Counted from the stretch's first letter, positions 8,954 to 19,395 are shown. The stretch: DNA of 64,000 nucleotides from Alphaproteobacteria bacterium (GCA_014190355.1 BJGH01000001.1:177272-241271), one strand, 5' to 3'. Numbers and translations: made by a program. The notes: generated from the letters alone by a model not told the origin.

Positions 8954-11287
8954 TCAATCTTCAATAATTTCTCTTTTTCCCGAAATACTTGGGGTAGTAA
9001 TAACACCTTCTTGTTCCATTCTTTCAATCAAATTAGCTGCTCGGTTATAGCCAATTCTTAATTGACGCTGAACATAACTTATTGATGCCTTTTTATCACG
9101 ACGAACAATCATTACAGCTTTTTTATATAAATCACCCTCACCTCCTAAATCTTCATCACCACCAAGCCCAGATCCCGCTTCATCAATACTTGGTATAGGT
9201 TCATCAAAAGAAATTTTTTGAGATTCGCTTTCGTCCTCAAAATTTTGATCTTTAATAAAATTTACAATATTTTCAATTTCTCTATCCGAGCAAAATGGAC
9301 CATGAATTCTAACCATTTTACTTCCTCCAGACATGTATATCATATCACCCTGCCCTAAAAGTTGTTCAGCTCCTTGAACTCCAAGAATTGTTCTACTATC
9401 AATTCTTGAGGTGACTTGAAAAGAAATTCTTGTTGGAAAATTAGCTTTAATAACACCTGTAATAACATCGACCGAAGGACGCTGAGTAGCCATAATTAAG
9501 TGGATTCCCGCAGCCCTTGCCATTTGTGCTAATCGCTGAACTGAATTTTCAATTTCCTTACCTGCTACCAGCATTAAATCTGCCATTTCATCAACGATAA
9601 CAATAATAAATGGCAGCTTCTTTGGTTCAAATTCAATCTCTTCAATTATTGGTTTGCCATTGGTTGGATCAAAACCAGTTTGCACTTTGCGCATTAATTT
9701 TTCTTTATTAATTATGGCTTTTTCAACTTTTTCGTTATAACCAACAATGTTTCTTACTGCAAAACTTGACATCAAACGATAACGCTCTTCCATCTCTGCT
9801 ACAACCCATTTTAAAGCAACTACCGCTTTACTTGGCTCAGTAACAACTGGTGAAAGTAAATGAGGAATGCCATCATAGATTGACAATTCTAACATTTTTG
9901 GATCAATCATAATAAATTTACACTCATCTGGACGAAGTTTATAAAGTAGCGATAAAATCATAACATTTAATCCAACTGATTTTCCAGATCCCGTGGTTCC
10001 TGCAATCAACAAATGAGGCATTTTTGCTAAATCTGCGATCATCGTTTCTCCACCAATATCTTTTCCTAAAATTATCGGCAAATAGAATTGTGAAAATTTA
10101 TAATCCTTTGCTTCAAGCATTTCTCTTAAGAAAATCATTTCCCGCTTTGGATTTGGAAGCTCAATACCAATCGAGGTTTTTCCTGAAACTACCGCTATTC
10201 TTGCCGATACGGAACTCATTGAGCGCGCAATATCATCTGATAAAGCAATTACTCGTGAAGCTTTTGTTCCCGCTTCTGGCTCAAATTCATGAAGGGTAAT
10301 AACTGGTCCAACCTTTGCTCCAACTGCCAAACCCTTTACTCCAAAATCTTCTAAAACTTTTATCAACATTTTAGATTGATTTTCTACAACATCACGACCA
10401 ATTTTTTTATCCTTATTTTCACTAGATCGATCCATCAATAAATCAATTGGAGGAAGTTTATAATTTACTTTCTTTTTTGGTTTTTTTAACTTACTAGCTT
10501 GTTTAAGTTTTTCTTTAAGATTTTTGTTATTTTCTTCATCTTCCTCTTCATCTTGCTCCTGAAATTCTTCTTCATAATCTTCTTCGTTATCTTCTAAATT
10601 CTCGACCTCATCTTGTGCAATTTCACCAAGTTTTTGTTTGAGTTGCAGATTGGTGTCGTGCTGGTCATTAACATTGGTTATTATATTTTGATTTTTGTTG
10701 TCTATTTTAAATAATTTTCTCCAAAAATACTTGATACTTATAAAACTATAACGAGCAGAAAATATCCAATCTTTCAATGAAATTTCTATAATAAAAGAAA
10801 TAGAAATAATTGAAAATAAAAGTGCTAATGAGCCAACTAAAAAAGGTGAAAAATTATTAAATTTACTGACAATATATTGGCCATTAACGCCACCTAGTGA
10901 GGTAAATTCCCACCAGCTGGGTATTGGCATTGAAGCAAAAAAAACTGAAAAACTTAAGATACAAAATGGTAAAACAATGATCTTGGGAATAAAGTTCCTT
11001 AGACCATTTTTATTAAACATTTTTTTTCCAATATTAAAAATTATTAAAACTAAAAAAAATGAAGATATTCCAATAAGTTGAAAAGACAAATCTGCTAGGT
11101 GTGAGCCAAAGATACCCATTAAATTTCTTATGAGAATCTGCGATGATGCAGAATTGAAAGAAGGATCTGCATAATTAAAGCTTAATAAAGCTAATAAGTA
11201 TATTGCCGAAAAGACAATTAACAAAAACCCTAGTCCTTTATTGAAAATTTTTAAGATAATATAAAAAACTTTATCATTTATCATCAA
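8954..11287 (-). CDS. ftsK: DNA translocase FtsK
   Basis: 777 aa. N-terminal multi-TM domain, acidic linker, motor domain with Walker A GTTGSGKSV and IVDEMADLM, and a C-terminal gamma domain (ASISYVQRQLRIGYNRAANLIE). Confidence 0.95.
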   Translation of the reverse strand: MMINDKVFYIILKIFNKGLGFLLIVFSAIYLLALLSFNYADPSFNSASSQILIRNLMGIFGSHLADLSFQLIGISSFFLVLIIFNIGKKMFNKNGLRNFIPKIIVLPFCILSFSVFFASMPIPSWWEFTSLGGVNGQYIVSKFNNFSPFLVGSLALLFSIISISFIIEISLKDWIFSARYSFISIKYFWRKLFKIDNKNQNIITNVNDQHDTNLQLKQKLGEIAQDEVENLEDNEEDYEEEFQEQDEEEDEENNKNLKEKLKQASKLKKPKKKVNYKLPPIDLLMDRSSENKDKKIGRDVVENQSKMLIKVLEDFGVKGLAVGAKVGPVITLHEFEPEAGTKASRVIALSDDIARSMSSVSARIAVVSGKTSIGIELPNPKREMIFLREMLEAKDYKFSQFYLPIILGKDIGGETMIADLAKMPHLLIAGTTGSGKSVGLNVMILSLLYKLRPDECKFIMIDPKMLELSIYDGIPHLLSPVVTEPSKAVVALKWVVAEMEERYRLMSSFAVRNIVGYNEKVEKAIINKEKLMRKVQTGFDPTNGKPIIEEIEFEPKKLPFIIVIVDEMADLMLVAGKEIENSVQRLAQMARAAGIHLIMATQRPSVDVITGVIKANFPTRISFQVTSRIDSRTILGVQGAEQLLGQGDMIYMSGGSKMVRIHGPFCSDREIENIVNFIKDQNFEDESESQKISFDEPIPSIDEAGSGLGGDEDLGGEGDLYKKAVMIVRRDKKASISYVQRQLRIGYNRAANLIERMEQEGVITTPSISGKREIIED

Positions 11288-11515
11288 ATAATCTTTTAAT
11301 TAACACTAACGCCTGCAAACGCAATTTAAATTTATCATAATATTTTAATAATTTTTTTTAAAAAAATTGTTAAAAATAAAATGTTATAAATTCCTAAAAT
11401 TTAAAATAAAACAATAATTTAAAATATAAATTTTAGATAATAACGATTAAGAAATTGTTATTACTAAGTTACAAGTAAATTTTAAAAAACCAAGCAAATA
11501 GTACTAAATTATTTT

Positions 11516-12595
11516 TTACCTAGGAAGCTCGACAATTGGAAGTTGAAGCTCACTACTTTTAGAATTTTTTGTTTTACTATCAATAGTATTAAGATTTTTT
11601 GGTACTTCAAAAGTTTCTACAGGTTTTGAATAGTCATTGACCTGATTTACATTTTTTGTCTCAGGCTGGGGATCTTTTTTTTCCTGATCTAAATCATTAT
11701 CTAAAATTGCTTCCACAATTGGAGGATTATTATTCTTAACAACCTGATCTTGAATTCCAGGCTGCTGAATAATTATTTGTTGGTTTTGATTAGGATTAAC
11801 TAGAATTTGTTGATTGTTATTTGCTATTTTATTTTGTGCAGGATTAATATTAGATTGAACATCGGGATTTTGTGTATTATTATTTATTTGAGATTCATTA
11901 CTAGTGTTTACCTCAGGTTGTTTGGGATAATATTGAATTGATTTCATTCGATTTTTGTCAATAGGACCAGAATAATAATATCGCTCATCAAAATTAGTTA
12001 TATAATTTCTACCTTGAGAAATTTCGGGATATTTTTTGTTATAAACTTCGCCATAATTATTATTACTAAAATTATTATGAGCTATCACTGTATCACCGTT
12101 TTCACTATATTTTGCAACAGTTAAATTAGATCGATTTTCAATCATTCTTTTAATCAAATCCTGCTGATATTTTTTTGCCTTGGCAACTCTTTTCTTTTTT
12201 GCCTCTGACATAAGATCTATTTCTTGTTGACGCATTTCATCAAAAACTTTTTTATATTCCAAAACTGCAACACATTTTTCATTATTCCAACACTTTCCTT
12301 TACCACAATCACATCCAAAAGTTCGGGCTTGACTGCATACCGCAAATTCATCAAACTTAGAATAGCAATCATCTGCACAACCATTTCCAAATTCATGCCA
12401 TACTCCCTTATTACTCTCGCAAATTTCTCTGTTATCAAAAGAGGTTTTCCTTAAACCAGCTCCTTGAACTTGATTTAAAAAAACTAATAAAATTACTAAA
12501 GAAAAAAATAAAAAATTATTTTGTCTAAAAAAAAACCCATGCCAAAAAATTTTCAAGCCTATAAAAATTTTAAGAGCGGTATTGGTTATTTTCAC
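11516..12595 (-). CDS. Hypothetical secreted or membrane-anchored protein: Cys-rich module plus Q/N-rich tail
   Basis: 359 aa. An N-terminal hydrophobic signal or anchor is followed by a ~50-aa block with 8 Cys (CESNKGVWHEFGNGCADDCYSKFDEFAVCSQARTFGCDCGKGKCWNNEKCV). The rest is a long Q/N/P-rich low-complexity region. No family recognised. Confidence 0.55.
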   Translation of the reverse strand: MKITNTALKIFIGLKIFWHGFFFRQNNFLFFSLVILLVFLNQVQGAGLRKTSFDNREICESNKGVWHEFGNGCADDCYSKFDEFAVCSQARTFGCDCGKGKCWNNEKCVAVLEYKKVFDEMRQQEIDLMSEAKKKRVAKAKKYQQDLIKRMIENRSNLTVAKYSENGDTVIAHNNFSNNNYGEVYNKKYPEISQGRNYITNFDERYYYSGPIDKNRMKSIQYYPKQPEVNTSNESQINNNTQNPDVQSNINPAQNKIANNNQQILVNPNQNQQIIIQQPGIQDQVVKNNNPPIVEAILDNDLDQEKKDPQPETKNVNQVNDYSKPVETFEVPKNLNTIDSKTKNSKSSELQLPIVELPR

Positions 12596-12643
12596 AAAAT
12601 TTTGTTAATTTAAAATTAGCCCAAAAATTAATAATTAATACCA

Positions 12644-13750
12644 TTAATTAGCCAATATTTTATCTAATTCTTCAACAACTTTATCAGCCATTTGAGAACA
12701 TGATACAGTTTTTTCATTAGGCTTTGCGATATCAGCAGTTCGGTAACCCAGATTTAATACATTTGCAACAGCTTTTTCAATTGCATCAGCCTCATAATTA
12801 TAATCAAAAGAATATCTAAACATCATCGCTAAACTTAAAATAGTTGCTAAAGGATTGGCAATATTTTTACCGGCAATATCAGGAGCAGAACCATGAACTG
12901 GTTCATACAAAGCAAATTGTTTACCATTGCTTTGTTTTGCTCCAAGAGATGCTGAAGGAAGCATTCCCAATGATCCAGTCAACATCGAAGCAATATCTGA
13001 CAAAATATCGCCAAACATATTACCCGTAACCAATACATCAAATTGCTTTGGATTTCTAACCAACTGCATTGCACAATTATCAACATACATATGACTTAAA
13101 TTAATATCAGGATATGATTCTTTTTGGATTTTAATAACTTCTTCACGCCACATCTCAGTAGTTTCAATTACATTGGCTTTATCCACTGAACAAAGTTTTT
13201 TACTGCGAATTTTTGCCAAATCAAAAGCAACTTTAGCAATTCTTTGGACTTCTTTAGAGTTATAAGTCATAGTATTGATTCCTTGCTTTGAACCATCTTC
13301 TAAAGTTTTAACTCCTCTTGGTTCGCCAAAATATAAATCACCCGTTAACTCTCGAATAATCATGATGTCAAGGTCTGCAACTATTTCTCTTTTTAAAGTT
13401 GAGCTATCGGCTAAGGCATTAAAAACTTTTGCTGGACGAAGATTAGCAAATAATTCAAGATCTTTACGAATTCCTAACAATCCTCGCTCTGGACGATGTT
13501 TATATTCTAAACTTTCCCATTTTACACCTCCAACCGCTCCAAGTAAAATAGCATCTGCTTCTTTGGCTAATTTTAAAGTTTCCAAAGGATAAGGTGTTTG
13601 ATATTGATCATAAGCAATTCCCCCTAAAAGAGCATCTTGAGTTGAGAATTTTTTATCAGTATGATCATTAAAAAACTTAATTATTTTTTGAGTTTGATTA
13701 ACAACCTCTGGTCCTATTCCATCTCCTTGGATTAATAATATTTTTTTCAT
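12644..13750 (-). CDS. leuB: 3-isopropylmalate dehydrogenase (beta-decarboxylating dehydrogenase family)
   Basis: 368 aa. Motifs [43 protein letters not shown] and [26 protein letters not shown] match LeuB closely. Confidence 0.85.
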   Translation of the reverse strand: MKKILLIQGDGIGPEVVNQTQKIIKFFNDHTDKKFSTQDALLGGIAYDQYQTPYPLETLKLAKEADAILLGAVGGVKWESLEYKHRPERGLLGIRKDLELFANLRPAKVFNALADSSTLKREIVADLDIMIIRELTGDLYFGEPRGVKTLEDGSKQGINTMTYNSKEVQRIAKVAFDLAKIRSKKLCSVDKANVIETTEMWREEVIKIQKESYPDINLSHMYVDNCAMQLVRNPKQFDVLVTGNMFGDILSDIASMLTGSLGMLPSASLGAKQSNGKQFALYEPVHGSAPDIAGKNIANPLATILSLAMMFRYSFDYNYEADAIEKAVANVLNLGYRTADIAKPNEKTVSCSQMADKVVEELDKILAN

Positions 13751-13760
13751 AAATTAAATT

Positions 13761-14063
13761 TTAAGTTAAATAATTTTTTAATTCAGCGGTTAATTTTGAG
13801 GAGAGCTCAATATCTTTCGCTGATAACCATTGTTTTTGTTGTTGATTAAAAGCAAAATAATCAGTTCCACTAAATGGCGAGGAAAACCATATTTTTTGAT
13901 TACCAGAATTACGATTAATAACATACATTTTGCCAGTTTCAACAATCGTAATATTCAAAACACCGTCGCTATATTCAATTTCTAAATTACTTTGCTTGTC
14001 TTTTATTTCAAGTTCTTGAGCAAGATTTTCGAGAAATTGTTCACATAAAACACTAAATTGCAT
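13761..14063 (-). CDS. cyaY: Iron donor protein CyaY (frataxin homologue)
   Basis: 100 aa. The pattern DGVLNITI...YVINRNSGNQKIWFSSPFSG...F parallels E. coli CyaY. Confidence 0.8.
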   Translation of the reverse strand: MQFSVLCEQFLENLAQELEIKDKQSNLEIEYSDGVLNITIVETGKMYVINRNSGNQKIWFSSPFSGTDYFAFNQQQKQWLSAKDIELSSKLTAELKNYLT

Positions 14064-14155
14064 ATTTTATAATTTTAATTAACTTTAAAGAGTATTTTTT
14101 ATTAATTACTAATTGTTAACAATTAAAAAACTTAACACAAGTTAAGTAATTAAAT

Positions 14156-14755
14156 TTAAGGATAAAGTGTTTTTGTTTGCCATCCCTGACCAACCAATTC
14201 ATAACATTGACGATGGTGAATACGAAATTTTCCTTCACTCCAAAATTCAATAACTTTAGGAACTACTCGAAAACCAGACCAAAACTCTGGTCTTTTAACT
14301 TCTTTATCACGAAATATTTCTTCATAATAACTAATTCGCTCTTCAAACTCACTCCATTGTTTCATTTCTGTTGACTGTTTGGAAGCCCATGCCCCGATTT
14401 GACTTTGACGAGCTCGGCTTTTGAAATATTCATCGGCTTCTGTATCACTAACTCTTTTGGCAACTCCCTCAATTCTAATTTGCCTACTCAAAACCCCCCA
14501 GTAAAAACATAAACTAACATTGGGATTAGCTGAGATTTCTTGAGCTTTACGACTATTTAAATTAGTAAAAAAACAAAATCCTCGCTCATCAAATTTTTTT
14601 AGAAGAACCATTCGATTTGATGGACAATTTTTATTATCAACGCTAGCCAGATTCATTGCAGTAGGCTCAACAATTCTATTATCAGTGTTGGCTTCATCAA
14701 GCCATTGCTTAAATTTATTAAAAGGCTCATTAAAAGCAATTATTTGCATTGTCAT
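14156..14755 (-). CDS. pdxH: Pyridoxamine 5'-phosphate oxidase
   Basis: 199 aa. Motifs RMVLLKKFDERGFCFFTNLNSRK, RQIRIEG, YFKSRARQSQIGAWAS and EFW...R(I)HHR are diagnostic for PdxH. Confidence 0.9.
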   Translation of the reverse strand: MTMQIIAFNEPFNKFKQWLDEANTDNRIVEPTAMNLASVDNKNCPSNRMVLLKKFDERGFCFFTNLNSRKAQEISANPNVSLCFYWGVLSRQIRIEGVAKRVSDTEADEYFKSRARQSQIGAWASKQSTEMKQWSEFEERISYYEEIFRDKEVKRPEFWSGFRVVPKVIEFWSEGKFRIHHRQCYELVGQGWQTKTLYP

Positions 14756-14872
14756 TTTATTTTTTTTATGATAACTTATAGTGCTTGGATAATTTTCAAA
14801 AAAATAATTTTAATCCAATTAACTCTCATTTTATAGTTATTTTTTAATTTTAAAATAGTAATTTTTCTAAAA

Positions 14873-15475
14873 ATGCACCCCCTTCTTAAAATTATTCTAA
14901 AGCTTATTGCAATTATCTTTACCATCTTTATTTGCCTTCAGTCATATAATTTAGCTTGTAACAATTTTTTTAAATGCAGTCCAATTTACCTAGACTATAT
15001 ATTTTACCAATCATACTCAAACAAAGTAGAAAATTTTTTTATTAACACCAATTTTTTATTAATAAATAACAACAAAAATGTTGAAGTTGTATTAGATTAT
15101 GATAAAAAAAATTCTATCTTAGGTAAAATAGTTAAAGTTAATTTAGTTTATAATAATTTAACTAAAAATAATATAGTCGTAAAAACTAAAATTGAATATG
15201 ATTTTGAAAGTATTAAAGAACTTATAAAAATGTTGAAATGCCCATGTAAAAGCAAAATAAAATTAAAACCCTTTGAAAAGAAAATGGTTGAAATGGAATT
15301 TTTTTATATTTACCCAAGAAATAAATTGATTAGAAATAAATTTATAGAAGAAATTCAAAAAAGACCAAATCTTATAAGAAATGAGGATATTAATATCAAT
15401 AACAACTTAATAAACCAAAAAAAATCATTTAATATTACTAACTTAACTAATAATATGAAAATTGTAATTTATTAA
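14873..15475 (+). CDS. Membrane-anchored hypothetical protein, possibly a divergent Cox11/CtaG-like copper chaperone
   Basis: 200 aa with an N-terminal TM helix. By eye it is colinear with Cox11: TM, then Y..C, then a beta-rich middle. The segment LKCPCKSKIKLKPFEKKMVEMEFFYIYP sits where Cox11 has HCFCFEEQ.L...E...MPV.FYIDP. The call rests on this one pattern. Confidence 0.4.
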   Translation: MHPLLKIILKLIAIIFTIFICLQSYNLACNNFFKCSPIYLDYIFYQSYSNKVENFFINTNFLLINNNKNVEVVLDYDKKNSILGKIVKVNLVYNNLTKNNIVVKTKIEYDFESIKELIKMLKCPCKSKIKLKPFEKKMVEMEFFYIYPRNKLIRNKFIEEIQKRPNLIRNEDININNNLINQKKSFNITNLTNNMKIVIY

Positions 15476-15615
15476 AGTGTTTATTTAATATTTATTAAAT
15501 AATTATTTCGTTTTAAAGCTGTAATTAAAAAATATTTTTAAACCTAAACGATCAAATTAATTTAAAAATAATTAATTAGAAATTCACTCTCTTCTTAAAC
15601 AATTAATTTTTAATC

Positions 15616-17694
15616 TTAACGACGATTTAATTGAGCAACACCAGACTTGTATAATTGACGGATTGATTTAGCTGCTACTCCAATCAAGATTGCTGCAACA
15701 ATTGGCAAAACTATTGGCAAAATTTTTACACCATTATCATTGTCATCTGAAGATTTGCAAACTGATTGATCTTGTTCGAAATGTGAAGAATTGGTGATAT
15801 TTTCAATTTTTTTAACATGACTTATTAAGTTATTAATTTTTTCAATATTCTGGGTACCATCAGTTTTATTTAGAACATCACCTAAAAGCTTGGAGAGTGT
15901 TTTAATATTGTTAGGAGTTATGTCTTTTGGATCGATATAACAATCTTTCTTTTCTGAACCAAAAAAATTTGAAAAATTCTTAACATTTTCTACCATGTAG
16001 TTAAAAAAGTTTTTTTCTGAAGATTGTTCGCAGAATTCTTTTATTTTTTTGTTAACATCTGCTAGACTTACAGCTGATGTATTTGCTTCAAAGTTATATG
16101 TAGTTCCATTTTTAAAATCAGTAACCCAAATATTGCTATTCCTGCAATATGTTATCGAAACAGGTAAAATAGGATTTGGTGAGGGAGTAGCGGGAGGAAA
16201 GAATGGCTCACTGGAATCAGGTTTTACCAATGTTATATTTGAACATGACACAATTTCTTGACCATCTTTGGTTTTTAAATCATAAGTATTTCTCATAAGA
16301 TTATAATCTAAAACAACTGCTTCTTCTTTTAAAGGCAATTTATAAACTCCATCTACTAAACTTAAAGCGCTAACAGTTCCATTGGATGATGTTAGAGTTC
16401 CATTTGAAATATTTAAAAATTCCGATAATCCAGATTTATGATTAGTTAAATTTAAACCCGCTATTTCACCACCACTATCCAAAACTCTTTCAAATGAATA
16501 ACTAAGATTGCCGTTGTTTTTAAGAGTTAGTAAATTATTTGAAACCGTACAAGAATAATTATCATATAATATTAAACTTGAGTTTGAAAAATTAGTAACT
16601 GGTAATGGAGTAAAAGTAATGGGAGTAGTTGAATTATATGAAGTTGCATTGGGCGGAAAATTAGGTGCAGATATTAAATTTGAACAAAGAAAATTATCGC
16701 TCGTATCATAAACTGTATTGTAAACATATTCTTGTTCAATTCCATTTAATGATTTATTAATTAATCTAAATTGATATTTTAAATTACTTTTGGTAAAATT
16801 ATAAGAATTTGTTATTGCATCATATGAAGGATTTAAAGATCTTAGTGTATTTAGAATAACTGGTCTAGGATCAGAAAAATCAAGATTATAAGATGTTGTT
16901 TCGCCTCTTCCTTCAAAAAATTCAATTTTTTGTGAATTATATGATAGATAGAAAATTTTAGCCAACTGGGTAACTCCCTGACTAATAATAAAACTTTGCA
17001 AAACTGATGATGCTGTTTCGCCATTTTGACATGAAACTGCCCCTGATTGACGGGTTTTAAAAGATTCTTTAAAAACAACTGGTTTTGATTGACCTTCAGA
17101 CCAAATAGTTTTAGAGGATACAATAGATAAATCCTTATCTAGGTTTTGTGATAAATCATCTTGCGATAGAATTTGACGCGAAGCTTTAAAAACCTTATCC
17201 TTAGAACCCATAGAAGGACTACTAACCTCAGATCTAATAACATCAGAACCAGTACTTATAGGATTTGAATTTCTGAGATCAAGAGGGATATCTTTTCTTT
17301 GCAATTTAGGCTCTTCATAGCCAGAAGGATATTTAATTTTGTGACTTGATAAAACATCGGTATCAGTTGTTGTATTTTTACTAGAATCAGTAGTTTTTGA
17401 TTTAAGTTGGCTAATTCTTGATGTTTCAGCGACTTCCTTTTTATTTAATAATTTACCCTCTCTTGCTCTTTTTAATTTATTATACTTACCCACTTTTGTC
17501 CGATATTTTCTTCTATCATTACCATGGTTATTTTGAGATGAAAAAAAACTAGCATATAAAGTTGCCAGAGCTATTTGACCCCCCAAATCAGGTAAATTGG
17601 GACCTCGCGAATCCATTCGAAAATTATAAAGACCTTGGGAATCTTGTTGAAAATCATAAGAACCCTTACTAATATTTTTTCCATTTAATGGCAT
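15616..17694 (-). CDS. Large hypothetical tail-anchored protein (S/T/N-rich)
   Basis: 692-aa uninterrupted ORF with no N-terminal signal. It has a basic patch (RRKYRTKVGKYNKLKRAREGK) and a single C-terminal TM (ILPIVLPIVAAILIGVAA) followed by a basic tail. No SxxK, SxN or KTG penicillin-binding motifs are present. Confidence 0.6.
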   Translation of the reverse strand: MPLNGKNISKGSYDFQQDSQGLYNFRMDSRGPNLPDLGGQIALATLYASFFSSQNNHGNDRRKYRTKVGKYNKLKRAREGKLLNKKEVAETSRISQLKSKTTDSSKNTTTDTDVLSSHKIKYPSGYEEPKLQRKDIPLDLRNSNPISTGSDVIRSEVSSPSMGSKDKVFKASRQILSQDDLSQNLDKDLSIVSSKTIWSEGQSKPVVFKESFKTRQSGAVSCQNGETASSVLQSFIISQGVTQLAKIFYLSYNSQKIEFFEGRGETTSYNLDFSDPRPVILNTLRSLNPSYDAITNSYNFTKSNLKYQFRLINKSLNGIEQEYVYNTVYDTSDNFLCSNLISAPNFPPNATSYNSTTPITFTPLPVTNFSNSSLILYDNYSCTVSNNLLTLKNNGNLSYSFERVLDSGGEIAGLNLTNHKSGLSEFLNISNGTLTSSNGTVSALSLVDGVYKLPLKEEAVVLDYNLMRNTYDLKTKDGQEIVSCSNITLVKPDSSEPFFPPATPSPNPILPVSITYCRNSNIWVTDFKNGTTYNFEANTSAVSLADVNKKIKEFCEQSSEKNFFNYMVENVKNFSNFFGSEKKDCYIDPKDITPNNIKTLSKLLGDVLNKTDGTQNIEKINNLISHVKKIENITNSSHFEQDQSVCKSSDDNDNGVKILPIVLPIVAAILIGVAAKSIRQLYKSGVAQLNRR

Positions 17695-17987
17695 AGCAAA
17701 TTTAATTTAATTTTATTAAAATTTTTACAAATTTCCTAGTAAAATTTTAAGGAATTGAATCTATAATTATAATCAATAATTATTTAAGTTTAATTTTAAA
17801 AACTAAAACATTAACACTTTAAAATAGTTATTAATTATCAAACTATAAACAAACCATTTGTATTTAAGATTTTTTTTAAATCAAATAAAAAATTATTTAA
17901 ATTTTTAAAAAAAATATTATAAAAAAATTTAAAAAATCAATTTTAAAATATTTGTTATTAGCAAATTAATAGAAACTTAAATTTTAA

Positions 17988-18368
17988 CTAGAAAGGAATA
18001 ATTATAGAATCACTTGATGAGCTTGATTGATCTTCATGAGTTTCCTGTTGATAACTTGCGGGATAAAATTTTTCTAACTCTTCTACACTTTTAATTTGAC
18101 TTGCCAAAGCATAGCCATTGTTTTTTAAATATTTAGCAACTAATGTTCTAAGTCTCTCAGGACGAGTTAAGTAAACCCACTCAACTTCAAGCAACCTAAT
18201 TTCATCTTCAAGCGAAGAAATTTCATTTTTAGTTTTAGCGATGTCATCTTGTAAATTCTCTACTTGGTATTGAACGAAATACAAAGAAAAAATACTAATT
18301 AACAAAAGTCCAATAACTAGGGAATTTAAAAAATAAACTTTATTTAAATTTTGCCAAAAAGCTTTCAT
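17988..18368 (-). CDS. ftsL: Cell division protein FtsL-like
   Basis: 126 aa with an N-terminal TM followed by a coiled coil (LQDDIAKTKNEISSLEDEIRLLEVE). It lies immediately downstream of mraZ-rsmH, the canonical FtsL slot. Confidence 0.6.
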   Translation of the reverse strand: MKAFWQNLNKVYFLNSLVIGLLLISIFSLYFVQYQVENLQDDIAKTKNEISSLEDEIRLLEVEWVYLTRPERLRTLVAKYLKNNGYALASQIKSVEELEKFYPASYQQETHEDQSSSSSDSIIIPF

Positions 18369-18447
18369 AGTTAATTTTTATTAATAAATTTTTTATACAT
18401 TAGTTAAAATTATTTTTACTAAAATAATTTTAACCTAAGAGTGTTTT

Positions 18448-19395
18448 TTATAACTTTACAACAGATCTTAATTTTGCACAACGCGATCTTGGATTTCTCT
18501 TTACCTCTAGATCACTTGGCTCAATTGCAGATTTGTTTAATAATTTTAATTCGATATTTAACACTGGATTTAAATCAGGTAAATATCGTGATTGACCTTT
18601 AAAATAGCCTGATTTTTCGCGAAAAAAATCTTTAACAATTTTGTCCTCTAATGAGTGAAAAGTTACCACCACCATTCTTCCTCCGCTCTTTAAAATTTCT
18701 AAAGAGTTTTTTAAAGCTTGGCTTAGCTCCTCTAACTCATTATTAACATATATTCTTAAGGCTTGAAAAGTTCTAGTTGCTGGATCGGTTTTATAATATC
18801 CAACATAGAGAGATCTAACTATGTCAGCCAATTCACAGCAACTAGTAATCGTTTGCTTACAGCGTTGAGTTGTAATTTTTCGGGCAATTTTTTTTGCTTT
18901 TGGTTCATCACCAAATTTATAAATAATTTCAGATAATTGTTCTTCACTGAAATTATTGACTACTTCAAAAGCACTTAATTCTTGGTTTTGATTCATTCTC
19001 ATATCTAATTTATCGTGCGAATCAAAAGAAAATCCGCGGATTTTTTCATCAAATTGCATTGACGATACACCGATGTCTAAAACCACTCCGTCAACTTGCT
19101 CAACAGCAAATGACCTAAGAACTTCTTTAACTTGAGAAAATTTTGCATAAGCAAAGTGAAAATTTTTAGGAAAATTTTCTTGTAATTTTTTTACAAATTT
19201 ATCAACCGTATGATCTTGATCTACCGCATATACTTGGCAATTGCAACTTTGCAAAATCGCTGAAGAATAACCTCCCGCTCCAAAAGTTCCGTCAAAATAA
19301 ATTTCATTAGCTTGAGGTTTTAAAAAACTTAAAACTTCATTAAGCATTACTGGAATGTGAGGTTGATTTGGATTAAAGGCTAATTCATTGATCAT
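18448..19395 (-). CDS. rsmH: 16S rRNA (cytosine1402-N4)-methyltransferase
   Basis: 315 aa. Motifs HIPVML.E, DGTFGAGGYS, DIGVSSMQ.D and VVTFHSLEDKIVK are present. It overlaps mraZ by 4 nt. Confidence 0.95.
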   Translation of the reverse strand: MINELAFNPNQPHIPVMLNEVLSFLKPQANEIYFDGTFGAGGYSSAILQSCNCQVYAVDQDHTVDKFVKKLQENFPKNFHFAYAKFSQVKEVLRSFAVEQVDGVVLDIGVSSMQFDEKIRGFSFDSHDKLDMRMNQNQELSAFEVVNNFSEEQLSEIIYKFGDEPKAKKIARKITTQRCKQTITSCCELADIVRSLYVGYYKTDPATRTFQALRIYVNNELEELSQALKNSLEILKSGGRMVVVTFHSLEDKIVKDFFREKSGYFKGQSRYLPDLNPVLNIELKLLNKSAIEPSDLEVKRNPRSRCAKLRSVVKL

